A DNA stretch of 42,759 nucleotides from Candidatus Zixiibacteriota bacterium (GTDB lineage: Bacteria > Zixibacteria > MSB-5A5 > GN15 > FEB-12). The DNA lies in NCBI GenBank assembly GCA_041742355.1, contig JBGSIV010000004.1:1-42759 (forward strand), given 5' to 3'. Shown here piece by piece: positions 34,599 to 42,759 of the stretch (position 1 is the first letter of the stretch; each line of letters starts with the position of its first letter). The position numbers and the translations under genes were made by a program. A model generated the notes under the pieces. It did no database searches and was not told the DNA's origin. It saw nothing but the letters and a program-made list of their open reading frames with translations.

Positions 34599-37500
34599 GT
34601 GAATGATTCAAGCAGAGTGGCTGTGAAATCGCTCTCAACTATGTGCCGAATTGGCGCTCTTCTGAGTTTGTTCTTCTTCTTGCCGGCGGTCAGTCAGGTT
34701 CAGGCTGCGTCGGGTTTTTCCATGTCATTTGAGCCCCTCGATTCGTGGGTCTCGTCGTACAAGGAGCCGGAGGACCGTCGCTCCGTATCCCTCGGTAACC
34801 CTGTTTATCCCCATGTTTCTGGTGAACTTAATCGGCGGCCCGAGTTGGTCGAGGCCTCTTCAGACAGCAGCACTTTCCGTTTTCAGACCAAGTACCACCG
34901 TCGTGGTGGCGAGGTAAAGTCGCTTACACCGGTATCGGTCGATGCTTACAGCTTCAACCAGTACCGTCGTCGCAAGCACGTGCAGGAGAGCTGGGAGCAG
35001 ATTGCCACGAAGCAGCTCGATCAGGCCCGACAGGCTCGCCAGCAGGGCGGCCTGGGGGTCAGCATCAACCTGCCAAAGCGGCTGGACAAGATCTTCGGTG
35101 AAGGCGGCGCGGGCCTTCGAGTCAGCGGCTACCGCCGCATCATGTTTTCGGGCCGGTCGCAGTGGACCGACGCGACGTCGGTTACGGTCAAGCAGAGCAA
35201 GTTCCCGTCCCTCAACATGGAACAGATGTACCAGTTCGATATTACCGGTACGATCGGCTCCAAGATCACGGTCAAGGTGGCGCAGGACAGCCACACCGAC
35301 ATGCCGCTTTCCAACAGCATTCAGATCCGCTACAAGGGTGACGATGACGAAATCCTGAAAACGATCGAGGCGGGCAATACCAACCTGAGCCTGCCGAACA
35401 CGCAGTTTGTCGGGTATTCGTCGAACATTCGCGGTCTGTTCGGGGTGAAGGCGGAAGCCCAGCTGGGACGTCTGACCCTGACGGGAATTGCCTCGCAGGA
35501 AAAGGGTTCCTCGGAGCGGACGACGATTACGCCGACCGGCGAGGAGAGCGCCCAAATCGTACGCGACTTCGACTACGCCGAGCGGCGGGTATTTGATCTC
35601 GGCGACGCAGCAGCCTTCGCCCCTGGCGACGCAGTCGAGCGCATTTTCGTCTACCAGGAGATGGAGCAGTTGCGCGACGCTCGCCCGAGCGACGCGGTCT
35701 ATTCGATCATGTACGTCGAACCGGATCGCCCGCTTGAAAATACGACGGAAAATGTCAACCTGGCGGAGAACCTGGAGAAGGGGGCGGTGCCGATCGAGCC
35801 GACCGACTACGACCTGTTCAGTCACGCCGACTCCCGTCAGCACTATATCGTCTTTTTCCGTCAGCCGCGCCAGCTCTCGATCGGCGTCTACATGGAAATC
35901 AAGCGGGCGAACGGGACTATCGACACAATCGGCGTGAACGGTCAGGGGACGACGTCCGACCCGAAGATACTGAAGCTGGTCTACAACAGCCATGCGGTGC
36001 CGTCCTACAAGACCTGGAACTACATGTGGCGGAACGTGTATGCCATCAATCCCGGCACGCAAATAGAAGATATCGACATCAAGATCTACAAGGGACTGGT
36101 GGGCACCGAGAACACGACCTCGCCGAAAGACTACCAGGAGGGGACCGGTGGCCAGCAGAAGTACCTGGAGATTCTCGGCCTCGACCAGTACAATGCGGCC
36201 GGATCGAGCCGGATTCCCGACGGCAAGCTCGACGAGCTGCCGGCGGTTTTCCGCTCCGACTGGGGGCTGGTCATATTCCCGTCGCGCACGCCCTTCTATT
36301 CCGACACGACCTTCCAGAATGCACAAGGTCAGCAGACCCAGGTGCTCGACCCGAAGGTGCCGGAGATTTACTTCTTTGAGTCCGGGACGGAAAAGTCGCA
36401 GTCCAGCCAGTACTTCATGAAGTTCTTCACCAAGTCGCGGAGCACCGAGATCCGGCTGGGGCGCCCCAACGTTATCGAGGGTTCGGAGCGGGTGACCGCC
36501 AACGGCGTGACCCTCGAGCGCAATGTCGATTACCGGGTCGACTACGACTTCGGTCGCGTCACGCTCATGTCCGAGCGGGCGACCGACCCCAATGCGGACA
36601 TTGACATTGACTTCGAGTACGCTCCGTTCCTGTCGATCCAGAAGAAGACACTGTTTGGCATGCGCGCCGAATACGAGGTGAGCCGCGACCTGAAGGTCGG
36701 CTCGACGATTCTCTACAAGTCGGACAAGGCACGCGACCGCAAGCCGCGGGTGGGCGAAGAAACGGCGAAGTCATTTGTTTTCGATGTCGACGCGAGCTGG
36801 TCGCTGCAGCCGAATTTCCTCACCCGGCTGGCCAACGCGCTGCCAATTCTTCAGACCGAGGTGCCGTCGAACCTGAAGTTGTCCGGGGAGGTGGCGCAGT
36901 CCCGCCCGAACCCGAACGTCGAGGGAGAGGCGTACGTCGATGACTTCGAGGCCTCGGCCGAGCAGTTGACCCTCGGCACCGGGCGAACCCAGTGGCATAA
37001 GTCCAGCAAGCCGTACCAGCTGGGGGGGCTCAGCAGGCGCTCCAAGCTCCTCTGGCATAATCCGATTGAACTCCTCCAAGTTAAGGAGGTGTACAATAAG
37101 GACACCGAGGCCGGCGAGTCGACGTTCCGATCAATGCGACTCATTTTCCGTCCAAGTTCAGTTGACACGACCGGCTGGGAGTGGCAGCCGAATCCGAACA
37201 ATGCAAATGACTCCATACCGGTACCGCAGGTTGCGGATACCACGGCCGCGGCAGATTCCTGGGCGGGCATGATGCGCTATTTCGCGGGTCGAATTGACAA
37301 GGAACGGGTACAGCTGTTCGAGCTTCGGGCCCGGGCAAGCAGCGGCCGCATGCACATCGAGTTCGGACGAATCAGTGAAGATGTCGACGGTAACGGCAAG
37401 GGGTTCTCGGAGGATCTGCTGCCGACGGGGAAGTTCGAGGAGTACGAGGATGTTGGACTGGACAGTCTATCCGACGGGGCTGAGCCGTTCTACCACCCCA

Positions 37501-40500
37501 TCTACAACCCGGATCCCAACCACGACAACTGGTACTTTGAAGGAGAGGGGAAGTGCCCGCTGCCGGCCAACCTGTGCAATGATCCGAATATCTGGAACAA
37601 CGACTCGACCTACTATGAATACCTGAACGGAACTGAAGGGAATCGGAACGACTACGAGTATCTGAATGAGCCGGATAAGGAGATTCTCGGCAACAGCTTC
37701 CAGCGCGAGAACGGCTACTTCTCGTATGTAATCGATTTCGACGCGAACACGCCCTCCCCCTTCCGTGTTGACTCCTCCATGTTCCCCAGCAAGCAGGTCG
37801 ATCCCAACAAGCCGCCGCCGCCGCCGTGGTACACCTACCGCATTCCGATTAGGGACACGGCGTTTCTCGACGATGTCATTGTCGAGGGAGGAAACACCGC
37901 TGCGCTGCAACCGGAGTGGAGCGGCGAGCGCATTACCCATATCCGCATCTGGTTTGAGGAACGGCCGGGGCAGACGGCGCCTGATACCGTTGAAATCGCC
38001 GACTGGTACTTTGTCCAGTCGCAGTGGCGCGACACAGTCATCTACGGCTTGGATTCGCCGCGTAAGTCGAAGCTGGTCGCCGCCACGGTGAGCGAGGACG
38101 ACGGCACCTTCAGGCCGCCGCCGGGTGTGCAGGCGTACGAGGACCCGACGACCAATGTCACCGAGGCGCAGCGGGGTCTGGAACTCCGCTTTGACAGCCT
38201 CGATTACCGGGATATCGCCGAGGCCCGCAAGAGTGTGCTGTCAGTTGACAAGTATTCCGGGTATCGCCGCCTGGCTATGTACGTGCACACGGAACTGGAT
38301 TCGAACTCCACGACCGCTGACTACAGCAAGATGATGTTCTACTTCCGGATCGGCCGGGACAGCCTGAACTTCTATGAGCAGCGGCGGGTTTTCCAGCCGG
38401 GTGACTGGGCGCCGGAGAACTACATCGACATTGATTTCAACAAGATTACGGCCATCAAGGATGCCGCGCAGCGCGACCGTGAGCGGGCACAGTGGACAAA
38501 GGTGGATACGGTCTCTCCGGATGGACGGGAACGGGTCAAGGGAGATCCGAGCCTGAACGAAATCAAGTACTTTGCCGCCGGCGTCATCAATCTTGACTCG
38601 ACGGGTATTCGGACACCGTCAGGGCATGTCTGGCTCGACGAGTTGCGCGTGGCCGACGTGCGTCGCGATGTCGGCACGGCGGCGCGGTTCAGCGCCAGCG
38701 GGAATATTGCCGACCTGGGCAACTACAGCTTCAACTACCAATCTCAGGACCCGTATTTCCGCGGCCTGTCCAGTTCGACCCGCGGCGGATCCGATCAGAA
38801 TTTGGGCAGCGGAAGTTCTGATACGCGTCTCAGTTACTCCATGTCGCTGAACCTCGACAAGTTCCTGCCGCGGTCGTGGAGCGCGCGGCTGCCGGTCAGT
38901 TACACGTATTCAAAGAATACGCGGCTACCACTGCTGCGGACCGGGTCCGATATCGTCCTGCCGGAGGAAGTCCGCCGAATCGAGCAGGAGGTATCCGAAT
39001 CGAAGATGCTGTCGGTGTCGGCCTCGTTCAACAAGCCGGGGAGAAATCCGCTCTTCAGCCTGCTGCTCAACCGACTGCAGAACACGTCGTTCTCATACCG
39101 GCGGTCGTTGCAACAGTCGCCGCGGACGCCGTATGGGCTGAGCGAAGGTTACAATATCCGGTCGGGGTTCAACTTCGGCCTGACCAAGCCACCATCTGTT
39201 TCACCCCTGACATGGCTGAAATCGATCCCTATTCTGAAGCGTGTCAGCGAGACCAGGGTGGGGCTGTACCCGTCGCGGTGGACCACGACCTTCGGGTACG
39301 ACCGGACGCTGTCGATCACCGATGACATCGACGGCAATCGCCGGTCGTCGTTCCAGCGGATGCTGGATGGGCAGATGGATTTCGCGTATGACGTGTTCCA
39401 GAACCTGGCGCTGAGCTTGCGCCTCGATACACGGCGCGACCTGAGCAACGATGAAGACGTCAGCCTTTCCCTGAGCAACCTGAAGCTTGGTCTGGAAACC
39501 CGCTTCGCCCAGCAGTTCAGTCTCAGCTATAAGCCGGGTCTAGTCAAGTGGCTCTCGACCGATTTTGGATTCACCGGGTCATACTCCGACGACTACGAAC
39601 GGTCGACGAAATCGCGCCGATCGACCATGAGCAGCAGTTGGAGTGTCAACGGGCGGTTCGACCACATGGCCCTCTTCGGCGGACGGGGATCCGGCACGGA
39701 CCGGCGGGGTTTGAACGCCCGGGCGGAGGCCAGCCGGAAACGGGCCGAGCGGGGAGCCAAGACCGCCGAAAAGAAAACTGAACGCCCGTTCTACGATCCG
39801 CCGCTGGCGGTCCTGCGGTTCCTGACCGGCTGGATTGAGGCGCCGTCGTACAACTACAGCGAGACCTTCCGCTACTCGCTGCCCGGCTCGCTAGAACGGC
39901 CGCGCCTGATCTACCGGCTGGGTTTGAGCCGATCGCCCAACATCGAGACCGTCTCGGGGACGACCAATCCGAACGCGACCGAGGGGATATCGTACGACTT
40001 TGGGACCGGGTTCAATTTCCTCGGCGGATTTCAGACTTCGGTGAAGTTCCGCCGCAGCATTGGTCGCGACGTGGTCAAGCGCGGCGACCTGTACGAGGAC
40101 ATTTCGACCTCCTGGCCCGATCTGTCGATCCAGATCCGCCCGTTCGATCGCCTGCCGCTCATCAAGGGCGTGGTCAACAAGTTCATTGAGATCTTCGCGC
40201 CGCGCACCGGCTACTCGCGGGCCACGCGGGAACGTCGCGATCTGGGCGCCGATCGCCTGATCTCGAAATCGGTCAGCACGTCGCAGAACCCGGTGCTATC
40301 GCTGAATTTCAAGCTGTTCCGGTCTCTGTCGCTGACCAGTTCTTACGGCCTGACGAAAGACGAGAACCAGGAGTACAACCGTACCACGGGTGACTTCCAA
40401 TCCCGCTCCGAAAGCGTCCGCAAGACAATCGGCGGATCGATGCAGTACTCGTTCTCGGCGCCGGGCGGCATCAATATGCCGCTGTTCGGCAAGCTCAAGT

Positions 40501-40745
40501 TCCGGTCGACGATCAATCTGTCGCTGGACGTCAAGTACAACATGAGCACGAACTCCACGTGGGACGCCGCCAACGTGCTCACCTCGTCGACGGAGAAGGA
40601 CGAGATAGAGATCCGCCCGGACATTTCCTACACATTCTCGCAGCAGATCAAGGGTGGGCTCTCCATGCGGTGGCGCGATTCCGACACGAGCGATCGCACG
40701 ACGCACCTGCGTGAGGTCCAGATCTGGATGGAGATCCGGTTCTAA
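34599..40745 (+). CDS. sprA: SprA/Sov-like giant outer-membrane beta-barrel (type IX secretion translocon homologue); start uncertain (GTG 34599, GTG 34623 or ATG 34641)
   Basis: ~2040 aa with a signal peptide from ATG 34641. SprA-type motifs: KIFG, ITGTIGSKI, YKGDDDEILKTIEAGN, GLFGVK, IASQEKG, GSERVTANG..L....DYRVDY..GRV, KTLFG, GE.AYVDDFE, GRISEDV, DVGLD, DP.HDNW, NGTEGN, WLDELRV. Terminal Phe (MEIRF). Confidence 0.88.
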   Translation: MNDSSRVAVKSLSTMCRIGALLSLFFFLPAVSQVQAASGFSMSFEPLDSWVSSYKEPEDRRSVSLGNPVYPHVSGELNRRPELVEASSDSSTFRFQTKYHRRGGEVKSLTPVSVDAYSFNQYRRRKHVQESWEQIATKQLDQARQARQQGGLGVSINLPKRLDKIFGEGGAGLRVSGYRRIMFSGRSQWTDATSVTVKQSKFPSLNMEQMYQFDITGTIGSKITVKVAQDSHTDMPLSNSIQIRYKGDDDEILKTIEAGNTNLSLPNTQFVGYSSNIRGLFGVKAEAQLGRLTLTGIASQEKGSSERTTITPTGEESAQIVRDFDYAERRVFDLGDAAAFAPGDAVERIFVYQEMEQLRDARPSDAVYSIMYVEPDRPLENTTENVNLAENLEKGAVPIEPTDYDLFSHADSRQHYIVFFRQPRQLSIGVYMEIKRANGTIDTIGVNGQGTTSDPKILKLVYNSHAVPSYKTWNYMWRNVYAINPGTQIEDIDIKIYKGLVGTENTTSPKDYQEGTGGQQKYLEILGLDQYNAAGSSRIPDGKLDELPAVFRSDWGLVIFPSRTPFYSDTTFQNAQGQQTQVLDPKVPEIYFFESGTEKSQSSQYFMKFFTKSRSTEIRLGRPNVIEGSERVTANGVTLERNVDYRVDYDFGRVTLMSERATDPNADIDIDFEYAPFLSIQKKTLFGMRAEYEVSRDLKVGSTILYKSDKARDRKPRVGEETAKSFVFDVDASWSLQPNFLTRLANALPILQTEVPSNLKLSGEVAQSRPNPNVEGEAYVDDFEASAEQLTLGTGRTQWHKSSKPYQLGGLSRRSKLLWHNPIELLQVKEVYNKDTEAGESTFRSMRLIFRPSSVDTTGWEWQPNPNNANDSIPVPQVADTTAAADSWAGMMRYFAGRIDKERVQLFELRARASSGRMHIEFGRISEDVDGNGKGFSEDLLPTGKFEEYEDVGLDSLSDGAEPFYHPIYNPDPNHDNWYFEGEGKCPLPANLCNDPNIWNNDSTYYEYLNGTEGNRNDYEYLNEPDKEILGNSFQRENGYFSYVIDFDANTPSPFRVDSSMFPSKQVDPNKPPPPPWYTYRIPIRDTAFLDDVIVEGGNTAALQPEWSGERITHIRIWFEERPGQTAPDTVEIADWYFVQSQWRDTVIYGLDSPRKSKLVAATVSEDDGTFRPPPGVQAYEDPTTNVTEAQRGLELRFDSLDYRDIAEARKSVLSVDKYSGYRRLAMYVHTELDSNSTTADYSKMMFYFRIGRDSLNFYEQRRVFQPGDWAPENYIDIDFNKITAIKDAAQRDRERAQWTKVDTVSPDGRERVKGDPSLNEIKYFAAGVINLDSTGIRTPSGHVWLDELRVADVRRDVGTAARFSASGNIADLGNYSFNYQSQDPYFRGLSSSTRGGSDQNLGSGSSDTRLSYSMSLNLDKFLPRSWSARLPVSYTYSKNTRLPLLRTGSDIVLPEEVRRIEQEVSESKMLSVSASFNKPGRNPLFSLLLNRLQNTSFSYRRSLQQSPRTPYGLSEGYNIRSGFNFGLTKPPSVSPLTWLKSIPILKRVSETRVGLYPSRWTTTFGYDRTLSITDDIDGNRRSSFQRMLDGQMDFAYDVFQNLALSLRLDTRRDLSNDEDVSLSLSNLKLGLETRFAQQFSLSYKPGLVKWLSTDFGFTGSYSDDYERSTKSRRSTMSSSWSVNGRFDHMALFGGRGSGTDRRGLNARAEASRKRAERGAKTAEKKTERPFYDPPLAVLRFLTGWIEAPSYNYSETFRYSLPGSLERPRLIYRLGLSRSPNIETVSGTTNPNATEGISYDFGTGFNFLGGFQTSVKFRRSIGRDVVKRGDLYEDISTSWPDLSIQIRPFDRLPLIKGVVNKFIEIFAPRTGYSRATRERRDLGADRLISKSVSTSQNPVLSLNFKLFRSLSLTSSYGLTKDENQEYNRTTGDFQSRSESVRKTIGGSMQYSFSAPGGINMPLFGKLKFRSTINLSLDVKYNMSTNSTWDAANVLTSSTEKDEIEIRPDISYTFSQQIKGGLSMRWRDSDTSDRTTHLREVQIWMEIRF

Positions 40746-40759
40746 GCGGATGTTTTCCG

Positions 40760-40787
40760 TTGACTTGCCCCCCCGAAATCAGATAAT
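40760..40787 (+). promoter_or_regulatory. Sigma70-type promoter of selAB
   Basis: TTGACT (40760-40765) - 16 bp - GATAAT (40782-40787) in the sprA-selA gap. Confidence 0.65.
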
Positions 40788-40830
40788 TGCTCCCGGGTCG
40801 CCGCTGTTGGCCGATCCACCCGGAGAGCAA
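40787..40830 (+). promoter_or_regulatory. Stem-loop in the selA leader overlapping the RBS (SECIS-like candidate)
   Basis: TTGCTC-CCGGGT pairs with ACCCGG-(A)-GAGCAA. Alternative inner pairing GGGTCG/CGATCC plus CCG-CTGT-TGG. GGAG (40822-40825) lies in the 3' arm. Confidence 0.55.
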
Positions 40831-40833
40831 TAC

Positions 40834-42213
40834 ATGGACGACAAGACCATCCTGCAGCCGCGAGACTTCCCGTCGGTCGAAGAGCTGTTGTCTCATGCCG
40901 CCCTGGCCGAATCGGTGGGGCTGGTGCCGCGCCCGGTCGCAACCGAAGCGATCCGCGACGTGGTGGCGACGATGAAGCAGGAGAGGCTGGCGGGCAAAGT
41001 CGAGGCGACTATCGGCGGCCTCCTTGACCGTATCCGGGCGGCGATCGGCGGAATTCGCCGGGAGGGAACTACCCGGGTGATCAACGCGACCGGAATCGTT
41101 GTGCACACCAACCTCGGTCGGGCGCCCCTGCCGCCGGAGCTGTTCGAGGCGGTCAAGCGAACTGTTACCGGCTACGGGAACACGGAGTTCAGCCTGTCTG
41201 ACGGCAAGCGGGGTGGGCGCGGCGGCGCCTGCGAACGATACCTGGCGCTGCTTGCGGAGGCGGAGGCGGCCACCGTGGTCAACAACTGCGCCGCGGCTCT
41301 GTTTCTCACGCTCAATACTGTCGCCTTCCGAAAAGAGGTGCTCATTTCCCGTGGGGAACTGGTGCAGATCGGCGGCGGATTCCGCATCCCGGATATCCTG
41401 CGCAAGTCGGGAGCGCGCCTCCACGAAGTCGGCACCACCAATATCACGACGATCAACGACTATAAAACCGGAGTCGCCGCGGGACAGACCGGCCTGATTC
41501 TCAAGGTTCACAAGAGCAATTTCGTACAGGCAGGATTCACTGAAGAGGTGCCGCTGCGGGAACTGGTCACGCTGGGCCGGCAGCACGGGATCCCGGTTAT
41601 GAACGATCTGGGCAGCGGTGTGTTCGTGGATACGAAAGAGATACTCGGCTACTCCGAGCCGACCGTGCAGCAGTCGGTGCGGACCGGAGCCGAGATCACG
41701 TGTTTCTCCGGGGACAAGCTCCTCGGCGGCGTGCAGGCCGGACTCATTGTCGGCAAGGCGGAATTCATTGCGAAGATCAAGAAGAACCCGCTCTTCCGGA
41801 CCATGCGAGTTGACAAAATCATGTTTTCCATGCTCGAGGAACTCTTCTCCATCTACCTCGGCGGCACTTGGCGGACCGATATCAAGCTCTGGCACTTGCT
41901 CTCGCTCCACGAGGCGGAGTTGTACAAGCGAGGTAAAAAGATTGTGGCCGACGTGGGCAATCCCGCTGGCGTTTCGGTCGAGGCGACCGATGCGTTTGTC
42001 GGCGGCGGGGCGTTGCCGGAAGCGGCGATCCCCTCGGTCGGGATTTTCTTTGCTCGAAGTTTCAACGCCAACACGCTTCTGCGGAAGTTCCGCGAACAAC
42101 CGCTGCCGGTGATCGGGCGGATCGAGAACGACCGGTTTGTGCTCGATCTGAAAGCGATTGACGAAGAAGATATCCCCGGGCTCGTCTCCTCAATCAGGAC
42201 AGTCCTTACGTGA
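40834..42213 (+). CDS. selA: L-seryl-tRNA(Sec) selenium transferase SelA (459 aa)
   Basis: GGAG RBS before ATG 40834. RVINATGIVVHTNLGRAPL, VVNNCAAA, SRGELVQIGGGFRIPD, EVGTTN, KVHKSNF, DLGSG, PLP-lysine motif FSGDKLLGG.QAG, VGGGALP. Confidence 0.98.
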   Translation: MDDKTILQPRDFPSVEELLSHAALAESVGLVPRPVATEAIRDVVATMKQERLAGKVEATIGGLLDRIRAAIGGIRREGTTRVINATGIVVHTNLGRAPLPPELFEAVKRTVTGYGNTEFSLSDGKRGGRGGACERYLALLAEAEAATVVNNCAAALFLTLNTVAFRKEVLISRGELVQIGGGFRIPDILRKSGARLHEVGTTNITTINDYKTGVAAGQTGLILKVHKSNFVQAGFTEEVPLRELVTLGRQHGIPVMNDLGSGVFVDTKEILGYSEPTVQQSVRTGAEITCFSGDKLLGGVQAGLIVGKAEFIAKIKKNPLFRTMRVDKIMFSMLEELFSIYLGGTWRTDIKLWHLLSLHEAELYKRGKKIVADVGNPAGVSVEATDAFVGGGALPEAAIPSVGIFFARSFNANTLLRKFREQPLPVIGRIENDRFVLDLKAIDEEDIPGLVSSIRTVLT

Positions 42214-42220
42214 GCGGCAT

Positions 42221-42759
42221 ATGATTGTTGTCGGGACCGCCGGGCACATCGACCACGGCAAGTCGGCGATCGTGAAACGCCTCACCGGGACCGATCCCGA
42301 CCGCCTGCCGGAAGAGAAGGCGCGCGGCTTGACGATCGACCTCGGTTTCGCCTTTTACCACACTCCTGACAAGGGTACGATTGCCTTTATCGATGTCCCC
42401 GGCCACGAGCGGTTCGTGAAGAATATGATTGCCGGCGCAGGGGGAATCGACGCTGTCATGCTGGTAGTGGCGGCCGATGACGGCTGGATGCCGCAGAGCG
42501 AAGAGCACTTTCAAGTCGTGCGTCTGCTCGGGGTCAAACACGGTCTGATAGTGGTCAACAAGATCGACCTGGTCGAACCCGACTGGCTCGAACTGCTTCT
42601 TTCTGACATTCAAAAACGGATCGCCGGATCGTACCTGGATGGCGCCCGAATTTTCCCGGTTTCGGCGGTGACCGGCGAGGGTTTCGAACCGCTCGCCCGG
42701 TATCTCGACAGCCTGCCGGGAGTGATCGAGTCGCGCAAGGATATCGGGAAGGCCCGGCT
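42221..42759 (+). CDS. selB: Selenocysteine-specific elongation factor SelB, 3'-truncated by the window edge (absent from the ORF track)
   Basis: Manual translation: [41 protein letters not shown]...[38 protein letters not shown]...NKID. Starts 7 nt after the selA stop. Confidence 0.97.
   Translation, partial: MIVVGTAGHIDHGKSAIVKRLTGTDPDRLPEEKARGLTIDLGFAFYHTPDKGTIAFIDVPGHERFVKNMIAGAGGIDAVMLVVAADDGWMPQSEEHFQVVRLLGVKHGLIVVNKIDLVEPDWLELLLSDIQKRIAGSYLDGARIFPVSAVTGEGFEPLARYLDSLPGVIESRKDIGKAR

Noticed and set aside
34559..34606. murB UGA read-through giving U-EETAYRVVCNYCSE-U (CxxC between two UGAs)
   Set aside because: MurB is complete at LQEEVIKLG, no convincing SECIS hairpin follows, and the peptide overlaps the sprA start region; probably chance.
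42205..42225. selA-selB fusion by UGA read-through
   Set aside because: The selB ATG (42221) is 10 nt from the first base of the selA TGA (42211), so it is in a different frame.
1..42759. Selenoprotein genes, CRISPR arrays, IS/prophage genes, rRNA
   Set aside because: None recognised; no called CDS appears interrupted by an internal UGA.

Overview
GC-rich, gene-dense, apparently chromosomal window from a diderm bacterium. The gene set (SprA, Bat operon, bshCAB, DUF5683-like proteins, DGGGP-synthase-like UbiA, DUF1844) suggests the FCB superphylum, perhaps a Zixibacteria-like lineage; this is an inference. Almost all genes are on the + strand. In order: (1) an envelope operon with two DUF5683-like paralogs, an NHL-repeat lipoprotein, a ~1080-aa outer-membrane protein sharing motifs with SprA, and an Omp85/TamA-like protein; (2) a DGGGP-synthase-like UbiA prenyltransferase; (3) an expanded 10-gene MoxR/DUF58/BatA-E operon; (4) a flippase-like membrane protein and corA; (5) tetR-tolC-MFP-RND running without a gap into bacillithiol synthesis genes bshC-bshA-bshB1; (6) tRNA-Sec (selC) and a membrane protein on the - strand; (7) recG, DUF1844, murB, a 2048-aa SprA (T9SS translocon) homologue, selA and the 5' part of selB. 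No mobile element or CRISPR array was seen. The most notable observations are the 'half-size SprA' + Omp85 operon, the efflux-bacillithiol operon, a tRNA-Sec with a 12-bp bulged acceptor/T branch, a SECIS-like hairpin over the selA RBS, a second TetR-operator-like palindrome before murB-sprA, and recurrent leaderless-promoter geometry. All family assignments come from motif recognition by eye; no database search was run.
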